Source: Longimicrobiales bacterium (lineage in GTDB: Bacteria > Gemmatimonadota > Gemmatimonadetes > Longimicrobiales > Gaopeijiaceae). Taken from it: a DNA stretch of 64,000 nucleotides. The DNA is taken from assembly GCA_965249725.1 (NCBI GenBank), contig CBDFMQ010000002.1, forward strand, positions 1,792,001 through 1,856,000. The letters are read 5' to 3'. Below, one piece after another: positions 46,171-56,591 of the stretch. Positions within the stretch are counted from its first letter, which is position 1. Each line of letters begins with the position of its first letter. A program made the position numbers and the translations under genes. The notes beneath the pieces were generated by a model. That model was not told where the DNA came from. It worked only from the letters and a program-made list of their open reading frames with translations, and ran no database searches.

Positions 46171-48345
46171 ATGAGTTCGATCCAACCAAACGGCCTGAAT
46201 CCCTCCCTAGAGGTAGGCGAGGACGGGGTCGCACGTCTCACGTTCGACGGCCCGGACAGGAAGGTCAACGTCCTCACTGAGGCGGTCATGACCCGTGTCG
46301 CTGAACTGGTGAGCGAGGTCGGTGATCTGGCGAGACAAGGACGCGTAAGCGCCTTGATCTTCCGAAGCGGCAAGAGCGGGTTCATCGCGGGCGCCGACGT
46401 TTCCGCGATCGAGGCGGTGGAGGACCCGGCCGCGGGTGCCGACGCCGCGAGAATGGGACAGGCGGTCTTCCGGGCCATCGAAGACCTCGACATCCCCAGC
46501 GTGGCCGCCATTCACGGGGTCTGTCTGGGCGGCGGGACGGAGCTGTCGCTGGCTTGCAGCCATCGTGTGGCCTCCGACTCCCCGAAGACCTTCATCGGCC
46601 TTCCCGAGGTGATGCTCGGCATTCTGCCGGCCTGGGGCGGTACCACGCGGTTGCCACGCCTGGTGGGCCTCCAGGCGGCGCTCGACATGATACTCACCGG
46701 CCGCCAAGTCTCAACCTCGAAGGCGAAACGGATCGGTCTCGTGGACGCCGTGCTGCCTGCGGACCTGTTCGATGAAAAGGCGGTGGCCTTCGCGGCGGCG
46801 CAGACGGAACGCCGCTCCAAGGGAAGCCGGGCGCGCCGCTCCATCTTCAAACGCCTGATGGACGACACCGTACCGGGTCGCCGCCTGGTGCTCACCCTGG
46901 CCAAGAAGCGCGTACTGGCCCAGACAGGCGGCCACTATCCGGCTCCACTCAAGATCCTCGAGGTGCTGGGGCGCAGTCTCGGTCGTCCCCTGTCCCGGGC
47001 CCTGGAGATCGAGGCGACGGCAGCGGGAGAACTCATCGTCTCGACGGTGAGCAAGAACCTGATCCACGTGTTCAATCTCCGGGAAGAGGCACGCAAGGGG
47101 ACGGGAGTCCGGAACGCTGAGATAGTACCCGGGCGTGTGGAGTACCTGGGCGTCCTGGGCGCGGGTGTCATGGGAGGCGGCATCGCCCAACTGGCCGCCC
47201 ACCGTGGTGTGCACGTCCGGATGAAGGACATCAATCACGAGGCCATCTCCAGCGGCCTGCAGCACGCCCAGAGCCTCTTCGACAAACTGGTGAAGCGGAG
47301 GAAGCTGCGTCGACGGGAGGCCGATCAGAGAATGGCGCTCATCTCGGGCGGCCTCGACTACGAGGGGTTCGGGCGCCTCGATCTGGTGGTGGAGGCCGTG
47401 GTCGAGAAGATGGACATCAAGCGTATCGTCCTGCGGGAGACCGAAGAGGCCGTCGGCAGAACGTGTATCCTCGCCACCAACACCTCCTCGCTCTCGGTCG
47501 ACGAAATGAGCACCGCTCTGTCACGCCCGGAGAGCTTCGCCGGCATGCACTTCTTCAACCCGGTCCACCGGATGCCTCTGGTCGAGGTCGTACGAGGCAC
47601 CCAAACGAGTGACGAGGCGGTGGCGACCGTATACACCTTCGCGCTTGCGTTGGGCAAGGTCCCGGTCGTCACGAGCGACGGTCCCGGCTTCCTGGTGAAC
47701 CGAATCCTGGGACCCTACATGAACGAGGCCGGCTTCCTTCTGGCGGACGGGGCCAGCGTGGAGGCCGTCGATGAAGCGGCGAAGAACTTCGGCATGCCGA
47801 TGGGGCCACTCCGGTTGGTGGACGAGGTGGGGATCGAGATCAGCCGCCATGCCGGTCAGTCCCTGTACGAGGCGCTGGGCGAGCGTCTCTCCCCGTCGGG
47901 GCCACTGGTCGCCCTGGCCGAAACCGAACGACTGGGCAAGAAGGGTGGGCTGGGGTTCTATCAGTACGAATCAGGCAAGGAGAAGGGCGTCGATCCGGAC
48001 ATCTATGCCGTGCTGGCACCGAGCGTCCCGGCAGAGCGCGTCACCATGGAGACTCGGGAGATTCGGAGTCGGCTCGTGCTGGCAATGCTGAACGAAGCCG
48101 CCCGGGCGCTAGAGGCCGGCATCGTGTCCCGGGCGGGCGATGTGGACCTCGCCATGATCATGGGCACGGGCTTTCCGCCCTTCCGCGGTGGCCTTCTCCG
48201 CTTCGCGGACACCATTCACGCGCGTATCGTCCTCGCCAGGCTCGAGGACCTGGAGAACCGACACGGGCCTCGCTTCGCCCCGGCGGATCTGATCCGTCGC
48301 TTGGCTCGTGAGGACCGTGGCTTCTACGAGTCCTTTGCAGGCTGA
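46171..48345 (+). CDS. fadJ: Fatty-acid oxidation multifunctional alpha subunit (enoyl-CoA hydratase / 3-hydroxyacyl-CoA dehydrogenase)
   Basis: FIAGADV, CLGGGTE, GLPEVMLG, GAGVMGGGIA, ATNTSSL, MHFFNPV, PGFLVNRIL, GTGFPPFRGG. Confidence 0.92.
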   Translation: MSSIQPNGLNPSLEVGEDGVARLTFDGPDRKVNVLTEAVMTRVAELVSEVGDLARQGRVSALIFRSGKSGFIAGADVSAIEAVEDPAAGADAARMGQAVFRAIEDLDIPSVAAIHGVCLGGGTELSLACSHRVASDSPKTFIGLPEVMLGILPAWGGTTRLPRLVGLQAALDMILTGRQVSTSKAKRIGLVDAVLPADLFDEKAVAFAAAQTERRSKGSRARRSIFKRLMDDTVPGRRLVLTLAKKRVLAQTGGHYPAPLKILEVLGRSLGRPLSRALEIEATAAGELIVSTVSKNLIHVFNLREEARKGTGVRNAEIVPGRVEYLGVLGAGVMGGGIAQLAAHRGVHVRMKDINHEAISSGLQHAQSLFDKLVKRRKLRRREADQRMALISGGLDYEGFGRLDLVVEAVVEKMDIKRIVLRETEEAVGRTCILATNTSSLSVDEMSTALSRPESFAGMHFFNPVHRMPLVEVVRGTQTSDEAVATVYTFALALGKVPVVTSDGPGFLVNRILGPYMNEAGFLLADGASVEAVDEAAKNFGMPMGPLRLVDEVGIEISRHAGQSLYEALGERLSPSGPLVALAETERLGKKGGLGFYQYESGKEKGVDPDIYAVLAPSVPAERVTMETREIRSRLVLAMLNEAARALEAGIVSRAGDVDLAMIMGTGFPPFRGGLLRFADTIHARIVLARLEDLENRHGPRFAPADLIRRLAREDRGFYESFAG

Positions 48346-48952
48346 CGTCTGGGGGGTCATTCCCTGCTCCGGACTCTCGAGCCGGATGGGGACGCCCAAG
48401 GCCATGCTGGACGCCGGCGGACGCACCTTTCTGGAGCGCGTGATTCACGCCCTGCGTGAGGGCGGCTGCGCCCGTGTGCTGGTGGCGCTCCCGACGCCCA
48501 AGGGTCCGGTCGCCGCGAAGGCGAGCGAGGCCGGCGCCGTGGTGGTGAGGAATCCTTCGCCCGACGACGGCCCCATCGGCTCTCTACGCGCGGCTCTCGC
48601 GGTGCTGGATCCCGCGGTGGAGGGCGTCGCCTACTGCCCGGTGGACTACCCCCTGCTCCAGGCCGACACCGTCCGCGCACTGCTTGCCGAGTTCCATTCG
48701 TCACAAGCACCGCTCGCTCTGCCGACCTTTCGAGACCAGCGGGGCCATCCAGTCGTGTTCCGCCGGTCCGTATACGGCGAGTTGCTCGGCGACGACCTGC
48801 CGCAGGGGGCCAAGACGGTCGTGCACCGGCATCTCGCCACGGCGGCCCTCATTCCGGTCGAGGACGAGGGCTCGGTCATCGACATCGACGATCTGACCGA
48901 TTACCGTCGGCACTTCCCCGACGCGTACCGCAAACGCTTTCATGCCCGCTGA
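48335..48952 (+). CDS. MocA-like nucleotidyltransferase (Moco cytidylyltransferase family)
   Basis: G.SSRMGTPKAML, NP...G.I.SL, PVDYP, RGHPVVF, G..IDIDD. Start approximate (TTG 48335 or GTG 48308). Confidence 0.85.
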   Translation: MQADVWGVIPCSGLSSRMGTPKAMLDAGGRTFLERVIHALREGGCARVLVALPTPKGPVAAKASEAGAVVVRNPSPDDGPIGSLRAALAVLDPAVEGVAYCPVDYPLLQADTVRALLAEFHSSQAPLALPTFRDQRGHPVVFRRSVYGELLGDDLPQGAKTVVHRHLATAALIPVEDEGSVIDIDDLTDYRRHFPDAYRKRFHAR

Positions 48953-49001
48953 AGCCCTAACGCTGAAGCCCTAACGCTGAAGCCCTAACGCTGAGCCCCA
49001 A
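48947..49001 (+). repeat. 14-bp tandem repeat x3 plus one degenerate copy (cgctgaagccctaa)
   Basis: Read directly; it begins in the last codon and stop of the MocA-like gene. Confidence 0.92.
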
Positions 49002-49003
49002 CG

Positions 49004-49840
49004 ATGACGTCCAAACACCACTCCCTCTCGGCCGCCAAGGCCGCCGAGGAGGTCTTGGCGGCTCAGGAAGCACGCGAGCCCTCGGCGGTCATCGTGCCCG
49101 TGGACGGGCCCGCGGAGCTGGTCGGACGACGCGTAGTCGTCCGCCAGGCCGAAGACGGTACGGTGCGGCGCGTCGGAACGTTCGGTGACACCGGCCTGGA
49201 CGAAGCGGCGATCGGCCTGGCCGAACAGGCCCTGCACGACCCCTCCTCGAAGGTGGACGGTGTCCACGAGCTGATCTCTACCGGCGGCGACCCGATCACC
49301 GTATATGTGGAAGGCCACCATCCGCACCCGGAGCTGGTGATCGTCGGAGCCGGTCACATTGCTCAGCCACTCTGTGCCATGGGCGCCCTGATCGGCTTCC
49401 GAGTCATCGTGGTCGACGACCGGCCCGACTTCGCCACCTCGGAGCGGTTTCCCGAGGCGGATCGGGTGGTGCGGGTGGACTTCGCGGACCCGTTCGCCGA
49501 CATCCTCATTCACTCCGCGAGCCACGTCGTGCTCGTGACTCGCGGACACAAATACGACTACGAGTGCCTCCGACAGCTGCTCAGGATGGAGGTCGAGCCC
49601 CCTTATGTGGGCATGATCGGAAGCCGGCGACGCGTCCGTGCGGCCTTCGCGCAACTCGTCAACGAGGGCTTGCCCCGGGATCGTCTCGAGAAGGTCCGGG
49701 CTCCCCTGGGCCTCGACATCGGTGCCGAGACCCCCGCGGAAATCGCGGTGAGCGTGGCGGCTGAGATCGTGCTTCTTTGGCGGGGTGGGGCCGGCTCTCC
49801 GCTCGCCGACAAGGAACGTGTCCTGGAGAGGTTCTTCTAG
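49004..49840 (+). CDS. XdhC family protein, Rossmann (C-terminal) part
   Basis: LVIVGAGHIA, VVDDR, VTRGHKYD, YVGMIGSRRR, APLGLDIGAETPAEIAVS. Confidence 0.9.
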   Translation: MTSKHHSLSAAKAAEEVLAAQEAREPSAVIVPVDGPAELVGRRVVVRQAEDGTVRRVGTFGDTGLDEAAIGLAEQALHDPSSKVDGVHELISTGGDPITVYVEGHHPHPELVIVGAGHIAQPLCAMGALIGFRVIVVDDRPDFATSERFPEADRVVRVDFADPFADILIHSASHVVLVTRGHKYDYECLRQLLRMEVEPPYVGMIGSRRRVRAAFAQLVNEGLPRDRLEKVRAPLGLDIGAETPAEIAVSVAAEIVLLWRGGAGSPLADKERVLERFF

Positions 49841-49842
49841 CC

Positions 49843-50172
49843 ATGAATCGACAAGACGACTACAACCTCTTCCGGGCCATGAGCGAGAAGGTGCGTGAGG
49901 GCCGCCCCTGCGCTCTCGCCACCATCGTCGCCACCAAGGGATCGGCACCCCGTAAGGTCAGTGCGAAGATGCTGGTCGATCCCGAACGCGAACTGGTCGG
50001 GACGGTCGGAGGAGGGTGTGGAGAGGGCGAGGTCATCGAGGCGGCGCTCGAGGTGATCCGTACCGGCCAAGCTCGCATGGTACGGGTCGATCTCACCGAA
50101 GACCTGCTCTCCCTGAGCCCGGCCGTGTGCGGAGGGATCATGGAGATCTTCGTGGAGGCCGTGGGCGTGTGA
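49843..50172 (+). CDS. XdhC/CoxI N-terminal domain as a stand-alone protein
   Basis: ALATIV..KGSAPR..AKMLV, GTVGGGCGE, VCGGIMEIFVE. Confidence 0.9.
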   Translation: MNRQDDYNLFRAMSEKVREGRPCALATIVATKGSAPRKVSAKMLVDPERELVGTVGGGCGEGEVIEAALEVIRTGQARMVRVDLTEDLLSLSPAVCGGIMEIFVEAVGV

Positions 50173-50174
50173 GG

Positions 50175-50306
50175 CCACAACTGAGCCCACAGCTGAGTCC
50201 ACAGCTGAGCCCACAGCTGAGCCCACAGCTGAGCCCACAACTGAGCCCACAGCTGAGCCCACAGCTGAGTCCACTTCCGAACCCACGTCTAAGCCCAAAC
50301 CCGAGT
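50175..50306 (+). repeat. 12-bp tandem array (ccacagctgagc): 8 near-perfect plus 3 decayed copies
   Basis: Read directly; it fills essentially the whole intergenic gap. Confidence 0.95.
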
Positions 50307-50308
50307 CC

Positions 50309-50851
50309 ATGAGCGATCCACCGCTGGTCGACATCCACTACCTCAGGCCCCCCGACCGAGAACAGATCTTCACCCAGCATCTGATCTGGGACGAACCAGA
50401 CGTCAAGATCACTCTGTCCACCGATCTGACCTTCGATCCCCCACTCCGCATCGACGATGAGGTCGTTCTCGAGACCGGCTCCCAGGTGATCTGGTTCACC
50501 TTTCCGCGCGCCTGGCACGATGTCGGGCTGTTCCATCGGGCCAACGGGGCCTTTTCGGGCACGTACGCCAACATCCTGACACCTTGCGTGTTCGAGGCAG
50601 GGGGCGTCTGGCGTACGACAGACCTGTTCCTGGACGTCTGGACGGATCCGGCGGGACGGGTGCAGGTCCTGGACGAGGACGAACTGGCGGATGCGGAGGA
50701 GCGAGGGTGGGTGACCGGGGAGACCGCAGGCCGCGCGCGCGAGGAGGCCCAGACCCTAAAGCAACAGGCGGAAGCCGGGTCGTGGCCTCCGCCTGTCGTC
50801 GGTGAGTGGTCCCTCTCGCGGGCCCGGGACGTGCTGGGTAGTTCCCTTTAG
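50309..50851 (+). CDS. DUF402 (FomD/Ntdp-like) protein
   Basis: GTYANILTP, TDLFLDVW and VLDEDEL metal-binding pattern. Confidence 0.8.
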   Translation: MSDPPLVDIHYLRPPDREQIFTQHLIWDEPDVKITLSTDLTFDPPLRIDDEVVLETGSQVIWFTFPRAWHDVGLFHRANGAFSGTYANILTPCVFEAGGVWRTTDLFLDVWTDPAGRVQVLDEDELADAEERGWVTGETAGRAREEAQTLKQQAEAGSWPPPVVGEWSLSRARDVLGSSL

Positions 50852-51048
50852 CCGTCCCCGACCAATTGCGCCGAGCAAAGGCGCGCGAGATCGACGTACA
50901 CCTGCTTGAGAACCTCGGGCTCCTCCTGGAGGCAGTCGATCAGACGCTCATGCCGCTCGAGAATGGCCGTCGGAATCTCGACCTCTTCGTGGTGATAGGA
51001 TCCATCGTCCACAAAAAGGAGCCGTACCTTGGCCACGTCGGTGCTCAA
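50848..51048 (-). CDS. Small hypothetical protein (66 aa)
   Basis: TTG start overlaps the DsbA-like stop; GC3-biased codons; LLF.D.G...YERLID-like pattern. Confidence 0.65.
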   Translation of the reverse strand: MSTDVAKVRLLFVDDGSYHHEEVEIPTAILERHERLIDCLQEEPEVLKQVYVDLARLCSAQLVGDG

Positions 51049-51785
51049 TTGCCCTCGCCCTCTCTCATCAGCTCGTCGACGACCTCCTGCACACCGGCGA
51101 ATTCACCCCAGCGGGCAATCCGCGTGGCCCGGCCGCCGCCCTTACTGGCATACAACGTCGGAGTACCGGTCACACCCAGCTCCATGCCGAGCCGCATGTT
51201 GGCGCTGACCACGTCCGCGTGGCGGTCGCTGTTCAGGCATTCGGCGAAGTCCGCCTCGTCCAACCCGATCGTCGCCGCGTACGTCTCGTAGGCGTTGAAC
51301 GGGGGAGATTGGCTCAGGGCCCACGTGGACTGGTGCGCGAACAGCTGGTCGTGGAACGGCCAGTAGTACTGCTCCCCCTGGTCGAGTGCGCAACGGGAGG
51401 CCCTCGCCGCCAGGAAGGCGTGTGGATGTCCCGCCAACGGAAAATCGTGGAAGACGAAACGGACCATGCCGGTCTCGATGTAGGCGAGATCCACCTCGGG
51501 CTTAACGAGCGTCGCGAACTGCTGGCACGCGGGACACTGATAGTCCGCGAACTCCATGATCGTGATGGGCGCGTTGGGGTCACCGCGCTCGACGCCGGTC
51601 GCCATGTTCACCAGCGCTTCAACGTCCGTCAGCTCACCCGAAACGATCTCGAGGATCGGCTCGGTCGCGGCCGAACTCAGCGTACTCTGGACAAATGTCC
51701 ACCCGATGGCGCCGACGGCGATGACCGCCACCGCGCCAAGAACCAGGTAGAATCCCTTCAAGTCCCCACTCTTTTGTTCAGCCAC
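51045..51785 (-). CDS. DsbA/BdbD-like thiol-disulfide oxidoreductase
   Basis: TM anchor, EFADYQCPAC, DFPL..H, cis-Pro loop GVTGTPT; start GTG 51785. Confidence 0.9.
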   Translation of the reverse strand: MAEQKSGDLKGFYLVLGAVAVIAVGAIGWTFVQSTLSSAATEPILEIVSGELTDVEALVNMATGVERGDPNAPITIMEFADYQCPACQQFATLVKPEVDLAYIETGMVRFVFHDFPLAGHPHAFLAARASRCALDQGEQYYWPFHDQLFAHQSTWALSQSPPFNAYETYAATIGLDEADFAECLNSDRHADVVSANMRLGMELGVTGTPTLYASKGGGRATRIARWGEFAGVQEVVDELMREGEGN

Positions 51786-51922
51786 GCTCCGACTCCACTT
51801 CCTTGGGTGTACAGCCCTCGTAGACCAACTCGCTACGCGGTCCGGAACAAGATGTTCCTCCTCAGGATCCTCGGCAATTGCTCGATGGGTCGCGGGACAT
51901 GAGTCGAGTCCTCCGCGAGGCC

Positions 51923-52606
51923 TCAGGCCAGGAGGATCTCCAACACGTCGCGTATCTCGGAAAAGTCCTCTAAGACCACATCCGCCCCGGTCGCTTCCAG
52001 CTGCTCCTCGTCGAAGTGCCCTGTTGCGACGGCCACGGTTCTGGTCCCGTGGTGTTTGCCGCATTGGACGTCGCGTGGGGTGTCACCCACCACGAACACG
52101 GAGTCTCCGGGAAAGTCGACCCCCCACGTCTCGAGAGCTCTGGTCAGAGCGAAGCCGGGAAGGTGCTGCCTCTCTTCGTGATCGGACCCATAGCCACCCA
52201 CGTGGAAGCGCCCGTCCAGCCCGACCGAGCCGAGCTTGAGCCGGGCACCCCGTGCGATATTGCCCGTCACGAGACCGAGAGCCACGTCGGCCTCGGCCTC
52301 GAGGGCTTCGACGAGCGGCCCCACACCGGGAAGAAGCCGCATCGGGTCGGCGGCGATCCGGTCCTCCAGCTCCTGGACGTATCCGTCCCAGAGCATGGGG
52401 AAACGGTGATCGATCTCGGCATCGACGAACCCGCTGGCGGCCAGCAGCTCCCTCGCGATCTGCGGGTCCGTCTTGCCGGCGAAGCTGTGCGTGTCGATCG
52501 CACCCGCTGTGCCGAACGTCGCTTCCATGGCCACGCAGAACGCTTCCTTGGCGGGTCCTCCTTCGGCCAGGGTCCCGTCGATATCGAATAGGATCAGACG
52601 CTTCAT
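51923..52606 (-). CDS. HAD family hydrolase (phosphoglycolate phosphatase-like)
   Basis: LFDIDGTL, LVTGN, VGDTPRDV. Confidence 0.92.
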   Translation of the reverse strand: MKRLILFDIDGTLAEGGPAKEAFCVAMEATFGTAGAIDTHSFAGKTDPQIARELLAASGFVDAEIDHRFPMLWDGYVQELEDRIAADPMRLLPGVGPLVEALEAEADVALGLVTGNIARGARLKLGSVGLDGRFHVGGYGSDHEERQHLPGFALTRALETWGVDFPGDSVFVVGDTPRDVQCGKHHGTRTVAVATGHFDEEQLEATGADVVLEDFSEIRDVLEILLA

Positions 52607-52615
52607 CGACAGATC

Positions 52616-53572
52616 CTAGAGTTGCGTGAGAATCGAAGGATCGATGTTGCCACCACTTACGACGGCCACGGTCTTCCGGTCCTTGGTCGGGACCAGGCCG
52701 CTCCGGAGCGCTGCAACGGTAGCAGCACCCGAGAACTCGATCACCAGCCGCTGGCGGTTGAAGAGCAAGGCTGATGCGTCGCGGATCGCCTCGTCGTCCA
52801 CCAACACCACATCGTCCACCAACTCCCGCACGTGCTGGAAGGTCAGGTCGCCCGTCCGCACGGGAAGCAACCCGTCCGCGATGGACACTGCACTCCCGAT
52901 CGTCACAGGCTCTCCGGCGTCCAACGCCGCGTGCATGGACGCGGCCGTGACCGGCTCCACTCCGAGAATCGTCACATCGGGCCTGAGTCTACGCAGCGCG
53001 GCCGAAGTACCACTGCACAGGCCCCCGCCCCCGATCGGAATGAGAACCGTGTCGAAGTCGTCCCAGTCCTCCGCGATCTCGATACCGACCGTTCCCGCTC
53101 CCGCGATGATCCAGGGATGGTCGAACGGCGGCACTACGACTAGGCCGTCCGCCTCGGCGATGGCCTCGGCGCGTACCTTTCGATGGAGCGATGTCGTGCC
53201 CTCGAGGACGACCTCTGCCCCGAGCCTCTCGGCCCCCTTCCGCTTGACGTCAGGGGCGGTCACGGGCATGACCACCACAGCACGGATTCCATGAAGCTGA
53301 GCGGCCAGAGCGACGGCCTGGGCGTGGTTGCCCGACGAGTAGGTGATGATACCCCTCGCGCGTTCCTCTTCCGGAATCTGAGCGACGAAGTTGTACGCCC
53401 CTCGGGCCTTGAACGAACCGGTCCGCTGTAGAGACTCCAGTTTCAGGCGGACTTCGCCCCCGAGCTCTTCGGCCAGGGCGTCGGCAGGATGGAGCGGCGT
53501 CCGGACCACAACGGAGCGAACTCGCTCATGCGCCCGCCGTATGTCGTCGAGTGTGACCAGGGCGTCACTCAC
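52616..53572 (-). CDS. Threonine/serine dehydratase (PLP, no regulatory domain)
   Basis: [35 protein letters not shown]. Confidence 0.92.
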   Translation of the reverse strand: MSDALVTLDDIRRAHERVRSVVVRTPLHPADALAEELGGEVRLKLESLQRTGSFKARGAYNFVAQIPEEERARGIITYSSGNHAQAVALAAQLHGIRAVVVMPVTAPDVKRKGAERLGAEVVLEGTTSLHRKVRAEAIAEADGLVVVPPFDHPWIIAGAGTVGIEIAEDWDDFDTVLIPIGGGGLCSGTSAALRRLRPDVTILGVEPVTAASMHAALDAGEPVTIGSAVSIADGLLPVRTGDLTFQHVRELVDDVVLVDDEAIRDASALLFNRQRLVIEFSGAATVAALRSGLVPTKDRKTVAVVSGGNIDPSILTQL

Positions 53573-56156
53573 CCTCGGAATCCGCCTCGACCTCCGTTTC
53601 AGCCTCGGCTTCCACTTCTGCTTGCGCCTCTGTGTCCGGCACCCCAGCCGTTACCTCGGTATCGGCGTCGTCACCGGTCTCACCCTCGGCACCGTCGCCA
53701 TTGCCATCCTCATCCTCTGGGATGACCCGGGCCACGTCCATGACCACATCGCCCTTGTCCAGGTTCACGAGGCGGACCCCCTGGGTGGCTCGGCCGATTA
53801 CGCGGATCTCGTCGATCCGCTGGCGGTTGATCACACCCTTCCGGGTGATCACCATGAGCTCGTCGTGGGGCACCACGGCCTTGATCGCGACCACCTGTCC
53901 GGTCTTATCGGTCGTCTTGAGGTTGATCACACCCTTGCCGCCTCGCGTCTGTAGCCGGTAGGCGTCGATCTCGGTACGCTTTCCCATCCCTCCCTCGGAC
54001 ACCACGAGGAGGGTGGTGTCTTCTCTTCGGACCACCACCATGCCCACCACGTGGTCGTCCTCACCGAGTCTGATGCCGCGAACCCCCTCGGACACTCGGC
54101 CCATGCTCCGGGCATCCTGCTCCTTGAACCGGATCGCCTTGCCCTTCTGCGTCGCGAGGATCACCTCGTTGTCGCCGTCCGTGATCTGAACGTCGATGAG
54201 TTCGTCACCCTCACGGATGTTGATCCCGATCAGTCCCACCGACCGCACGTTTCCGTATGCGGACAGCGGGGTCTTCTTGACCTTGCCCTCCTTGGTCGAG
54301 AAGAGGAGGTACTGATCGTCGGAGAACTCCCGGACCGGCACGATCGAGGCGATCTCATCGGTCGGATCGATGTTCAGAAGGTTGACGATCGGCTTGCCCT
54401 TGGAGTGACGGCCTGCCGGCGGCACCTGCCACACCTTCAGCCAGTGGCACTGTCCCGAGCGGGTGAAGATCATGAGGTACTCGTGAGCAGACGCCACGAA
54501 CAGGTGCTCCACCCAGTCCTCGTCCTTGGTGCCCATCCCCTGGAGCCCCCTGCCCCCTCGCCGCTGGGCCCGGTACGTGTCGATCTCCGCGCGCTTCACG
54601 TATCCCTGACGCGAGACGGTGATGACCATCTCCTCGTCGGCGATCAGGTCCTCGACGTTCAGGGACGACGCGTCACCGACGATTTCGCTCCGACGTTCGT
54701 CGCCGTACTTGGCGTCCACCTCGGTCAGCTCTTCGGTGATGATCTCCATGCGACGATCCTTGCTGCCCAGGATCGCCTGCAGTTCGTCGATGGTGGCGCG
54801 GATCTCGGCGAGCTCTGCCTCGAGCTTCTCCATCTCCAACCCGGTCAGCCTGGCCAGCCTCATGTCGAGGATGGCCTTGGTCTGACGCTCGGTGAGCTCG
54901 AAGGACTCCTGGAGGCTCGCCGAGGCGGTCTCCGCGTCGTGAGACCCACGGATGATCCTGATGACCTCGTCGATGTTGTCGACGGCGATCTTGAGACCCT
55001 CCAGGATGTGCTCACGATCCTGAGCCTTGGCCAGATCGAACGCCGTCCGCTTCACCACCACCGTGTGACGGTGATCGATGAAGTGGAGCAGCATGTCCCG
55101 AAGCGGGAGCACGCGCGGTTCGCCGTTCACGAGGGCGAGCAGAATGGTCCCGAAGGTGGACTGCATCTGCGTGTGCTTGAAGAGCTTGTTCAGGACGATC
55201 TGCGGTATGGCGTCCCGCTTGAGCTCGATGACGATCCGCAGGCCGTCCCGGTCGGACTCGTCACGCATGTCGCGGATGTCGGTGATCTTCTTGTCGCGGA
55301 CGAGCTGAGCGATCTGCTCGATGAGCCGCGATTTGTTCACCATGAACGGAATCTCGGTGACCACGATCCGCTCGGAGTTCGCGTCCACCTCCTCGATGGT
55401 GGCCCGGGCACGCATGACCACCCGTCCACGACCCGTGCGGTAGGCGTCCTCGATGCCTTCTCGCCCGCAGATGAACGCTCCCGTCGGGAAATCGGGACCG
55501 GTGACCAGGCTCTCGAGTTCCTCCTGAGGGAGCTTGCGGTCGATGATGAGGGCCTTCGTGGCGGCGACGATCTCCCGCAGATTGTGGGGCGGGATGTTGG
55601 TCGCCATTCCGACCGCAATTCCCGAGCTCCCGTTGATCAGGAGGTTCGGGACCTTGGAAGGGAGAACGGTAGGCTCTTCCAGCCGCCCGTCGAAGTTCGG
55701 TGTGAAGGCGACGGTCTCCTTGTCGATATCCTCGAGCATCTCCGTGGCCAGCGCCATCAGGCGGGCCTCGGTGTACCGGTAGGCCGCCGCCGAGTCCCCG
55801 TCGATAGACCCGAAGTTCCCCTGGCCGTCTACGAGGGGATAACGCAGCGAGAAGTCCTGAACCATCCGGACCATGGAGTCGTAGACCGCCGAGTCACCGT
55901 GCGGATGGTACTTGCCGAGCACCTCTCCCACGACCGTCGCCGACTTCTTGTACCCGCGTCCCGGATTGAGCCCCAACCCGCTCATGGCGAAGAGTATGCG
56001 GCGGTGCACCGGCTTCAGGCCGTCCCGTACGTCGGGAAGCGCCCGCTGCACGATGACGCTCATCGAGTAGTCGATGAACGACTCTCGCATTTCGTCTTCG
56101 AGTAGCCGTTCTAGAACTTTCTCTCCACTGAGAGGAGGGAGTTCGTCGTTCGCCAT
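53565..56156 (-). CDS. gyrA: DNA gyrase subunit A
   Basis: [23 protein letters not shown], catalytic AAAYRYTE, GyrA box QRRGGRG, acidic tail. Confidence 0.98.
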   Translation of the reverse strand: MANDELPPLSGEKVLERLLEDEMRESFIDYSMSVIVQRALPDVRDGLKPVHRRILFAMSGLGLNPGRGYKKSATVVGEVLGKYHPHGDSAVYDSMVRMVQDFSLRYPLVDGQGNFGSIDGDSAAAYRYTEARLMALATEMLEDIDKETVAFTPNFDGRLEEPTVLPSKVPNLLINGSSGIAVGMATNIPPHNLREIVAATKALIIDRKLPQEELESLVTGPDFPTGAFICGREGIEDAYRTGRGRVVMRARATIEEVDANSERIVVTEIPFMVNKSRLIEQIAQLVRDKKITDIRDMRDESDRDGLRIVIELKRDAIPQIVLNKLFKHTQMQSTFGTILLALVNGEPRVLPLRDMLLHFIDHRHTVVVKRTAFDLAKAQDREHILEGLKIAVDNIDEVIRIIRGSHDAETASASLQESFELTERQTKAILDMRLARLTGLEMEKLEAELAEIRATIDELQAILGSKDRRMEIITEELTEVDAKYGDERRSEIVGDASSLNVEDLIADEEMVITVSRQGYVKRAEIDTYRAQRRGGRGLQGMGTKDEDWVEHLFVASAHEYLMIFTRSGQCHWLKVWQVPPAGRHSKGKPIVNLLNIDPTDEIASIVPVREFSDDQYLLFSTKEGKVKKTPLSAYGNVRSVGLIGINIREGDELIDVQITDGDNEVILATQKGKAIRFKEQDARSMGRVSEGVRGIRLGEDDHVVGMVVVRREDTTLLVVSEGGMGKRTEIDAYRLQTRGGKGVINLKTTDKTGQVVAIKAVVPHDELMVITRKGVINRQRIDEIRVIGRATQGVRLVNLDKGDVVMDVARVIPEDEDGNGDGAEGETGDDADTEVTAGVPDTEAQAEVEAEAETEVEADSEGE

Positions 56157-56204
56157 TCAGCTCGCCTTCATTTGAAATTCGGTCGACGCATACTCGTCAC
56201 GTCG

Positions 56205-56591
56205 TCAGCCCATGTAACTGAGGCCTCGCCAGCCACAGTCCGCGCAGTGCCTACCGGAGAGCGCCTTGCCCAGGATCCGCCCGAGGACCCGCTGCCGCAC
56301 CGTGCGCCGTACCCTCTTGGTTCGAGCCCCGCATTTCGGGCACCCGTCGTGATCCATTATCCCCTGCTGACGGTACCGGACAACGACCGTCACTCCGGCC
56401 ATCACAACCGAAATCAAGACCAGCCCGAGCCCGCCCAAGGACCTCCAGGGGATGCCGTCCGATTGACCCGCACCGAGCGGATTGGCAAACGACTCCCGCA
56501 GCCGGACAATCGTGAGGCTGGGTGTCCCGGTGGTTAACTCCAGACCGAGCAAGAAAAGGCCTAGAGATATGACCTCGAGAGTGCGTCTCAA
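56205..56591 (-). CDS. Hypothetical membrane protein with a C-terminal Zn ribbon
   Basis: Two hydrophobic segments, then CPKC...CADC; upstream of and co-oriented with gyrA. Confidence 0.6.
   Translation of the reverse strand: MRRTLEVISLGLFLLGLELTTGTPSLTIVRLRESFANPLGAGQSDGIPWRSLGGLGLVLISVVMAGVTVVVRYRQQGIMDHDGCPKCGARTKRVRRTVRQRVLGRILGKALSGRHCADCGWRGLSYMG

Noticed and set aside
50175..50306. Possible CRISPR array (also 19146-19205, 48947-49001, 63386-63482)
   Set aside because: Units are 12-20 bp, head to tail, with no 25-45-bp unique spacers and no cas genes.
53568..53715. Repetitive acidic tail of GyrA as a novel repeat
   Set aside because: Acidic C-terminal tails are a known GyrA feature.
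54051..56105. 684-aa + strand ORF opposite gyrA, and similar long antisense ORFs (22074-23585, 41749-42975, 11606-12649, 31674-32777)
   Set aside because: Shadow frames expected from high-GC codon bias; they carry no motifs and fully overlap well-supported genes.
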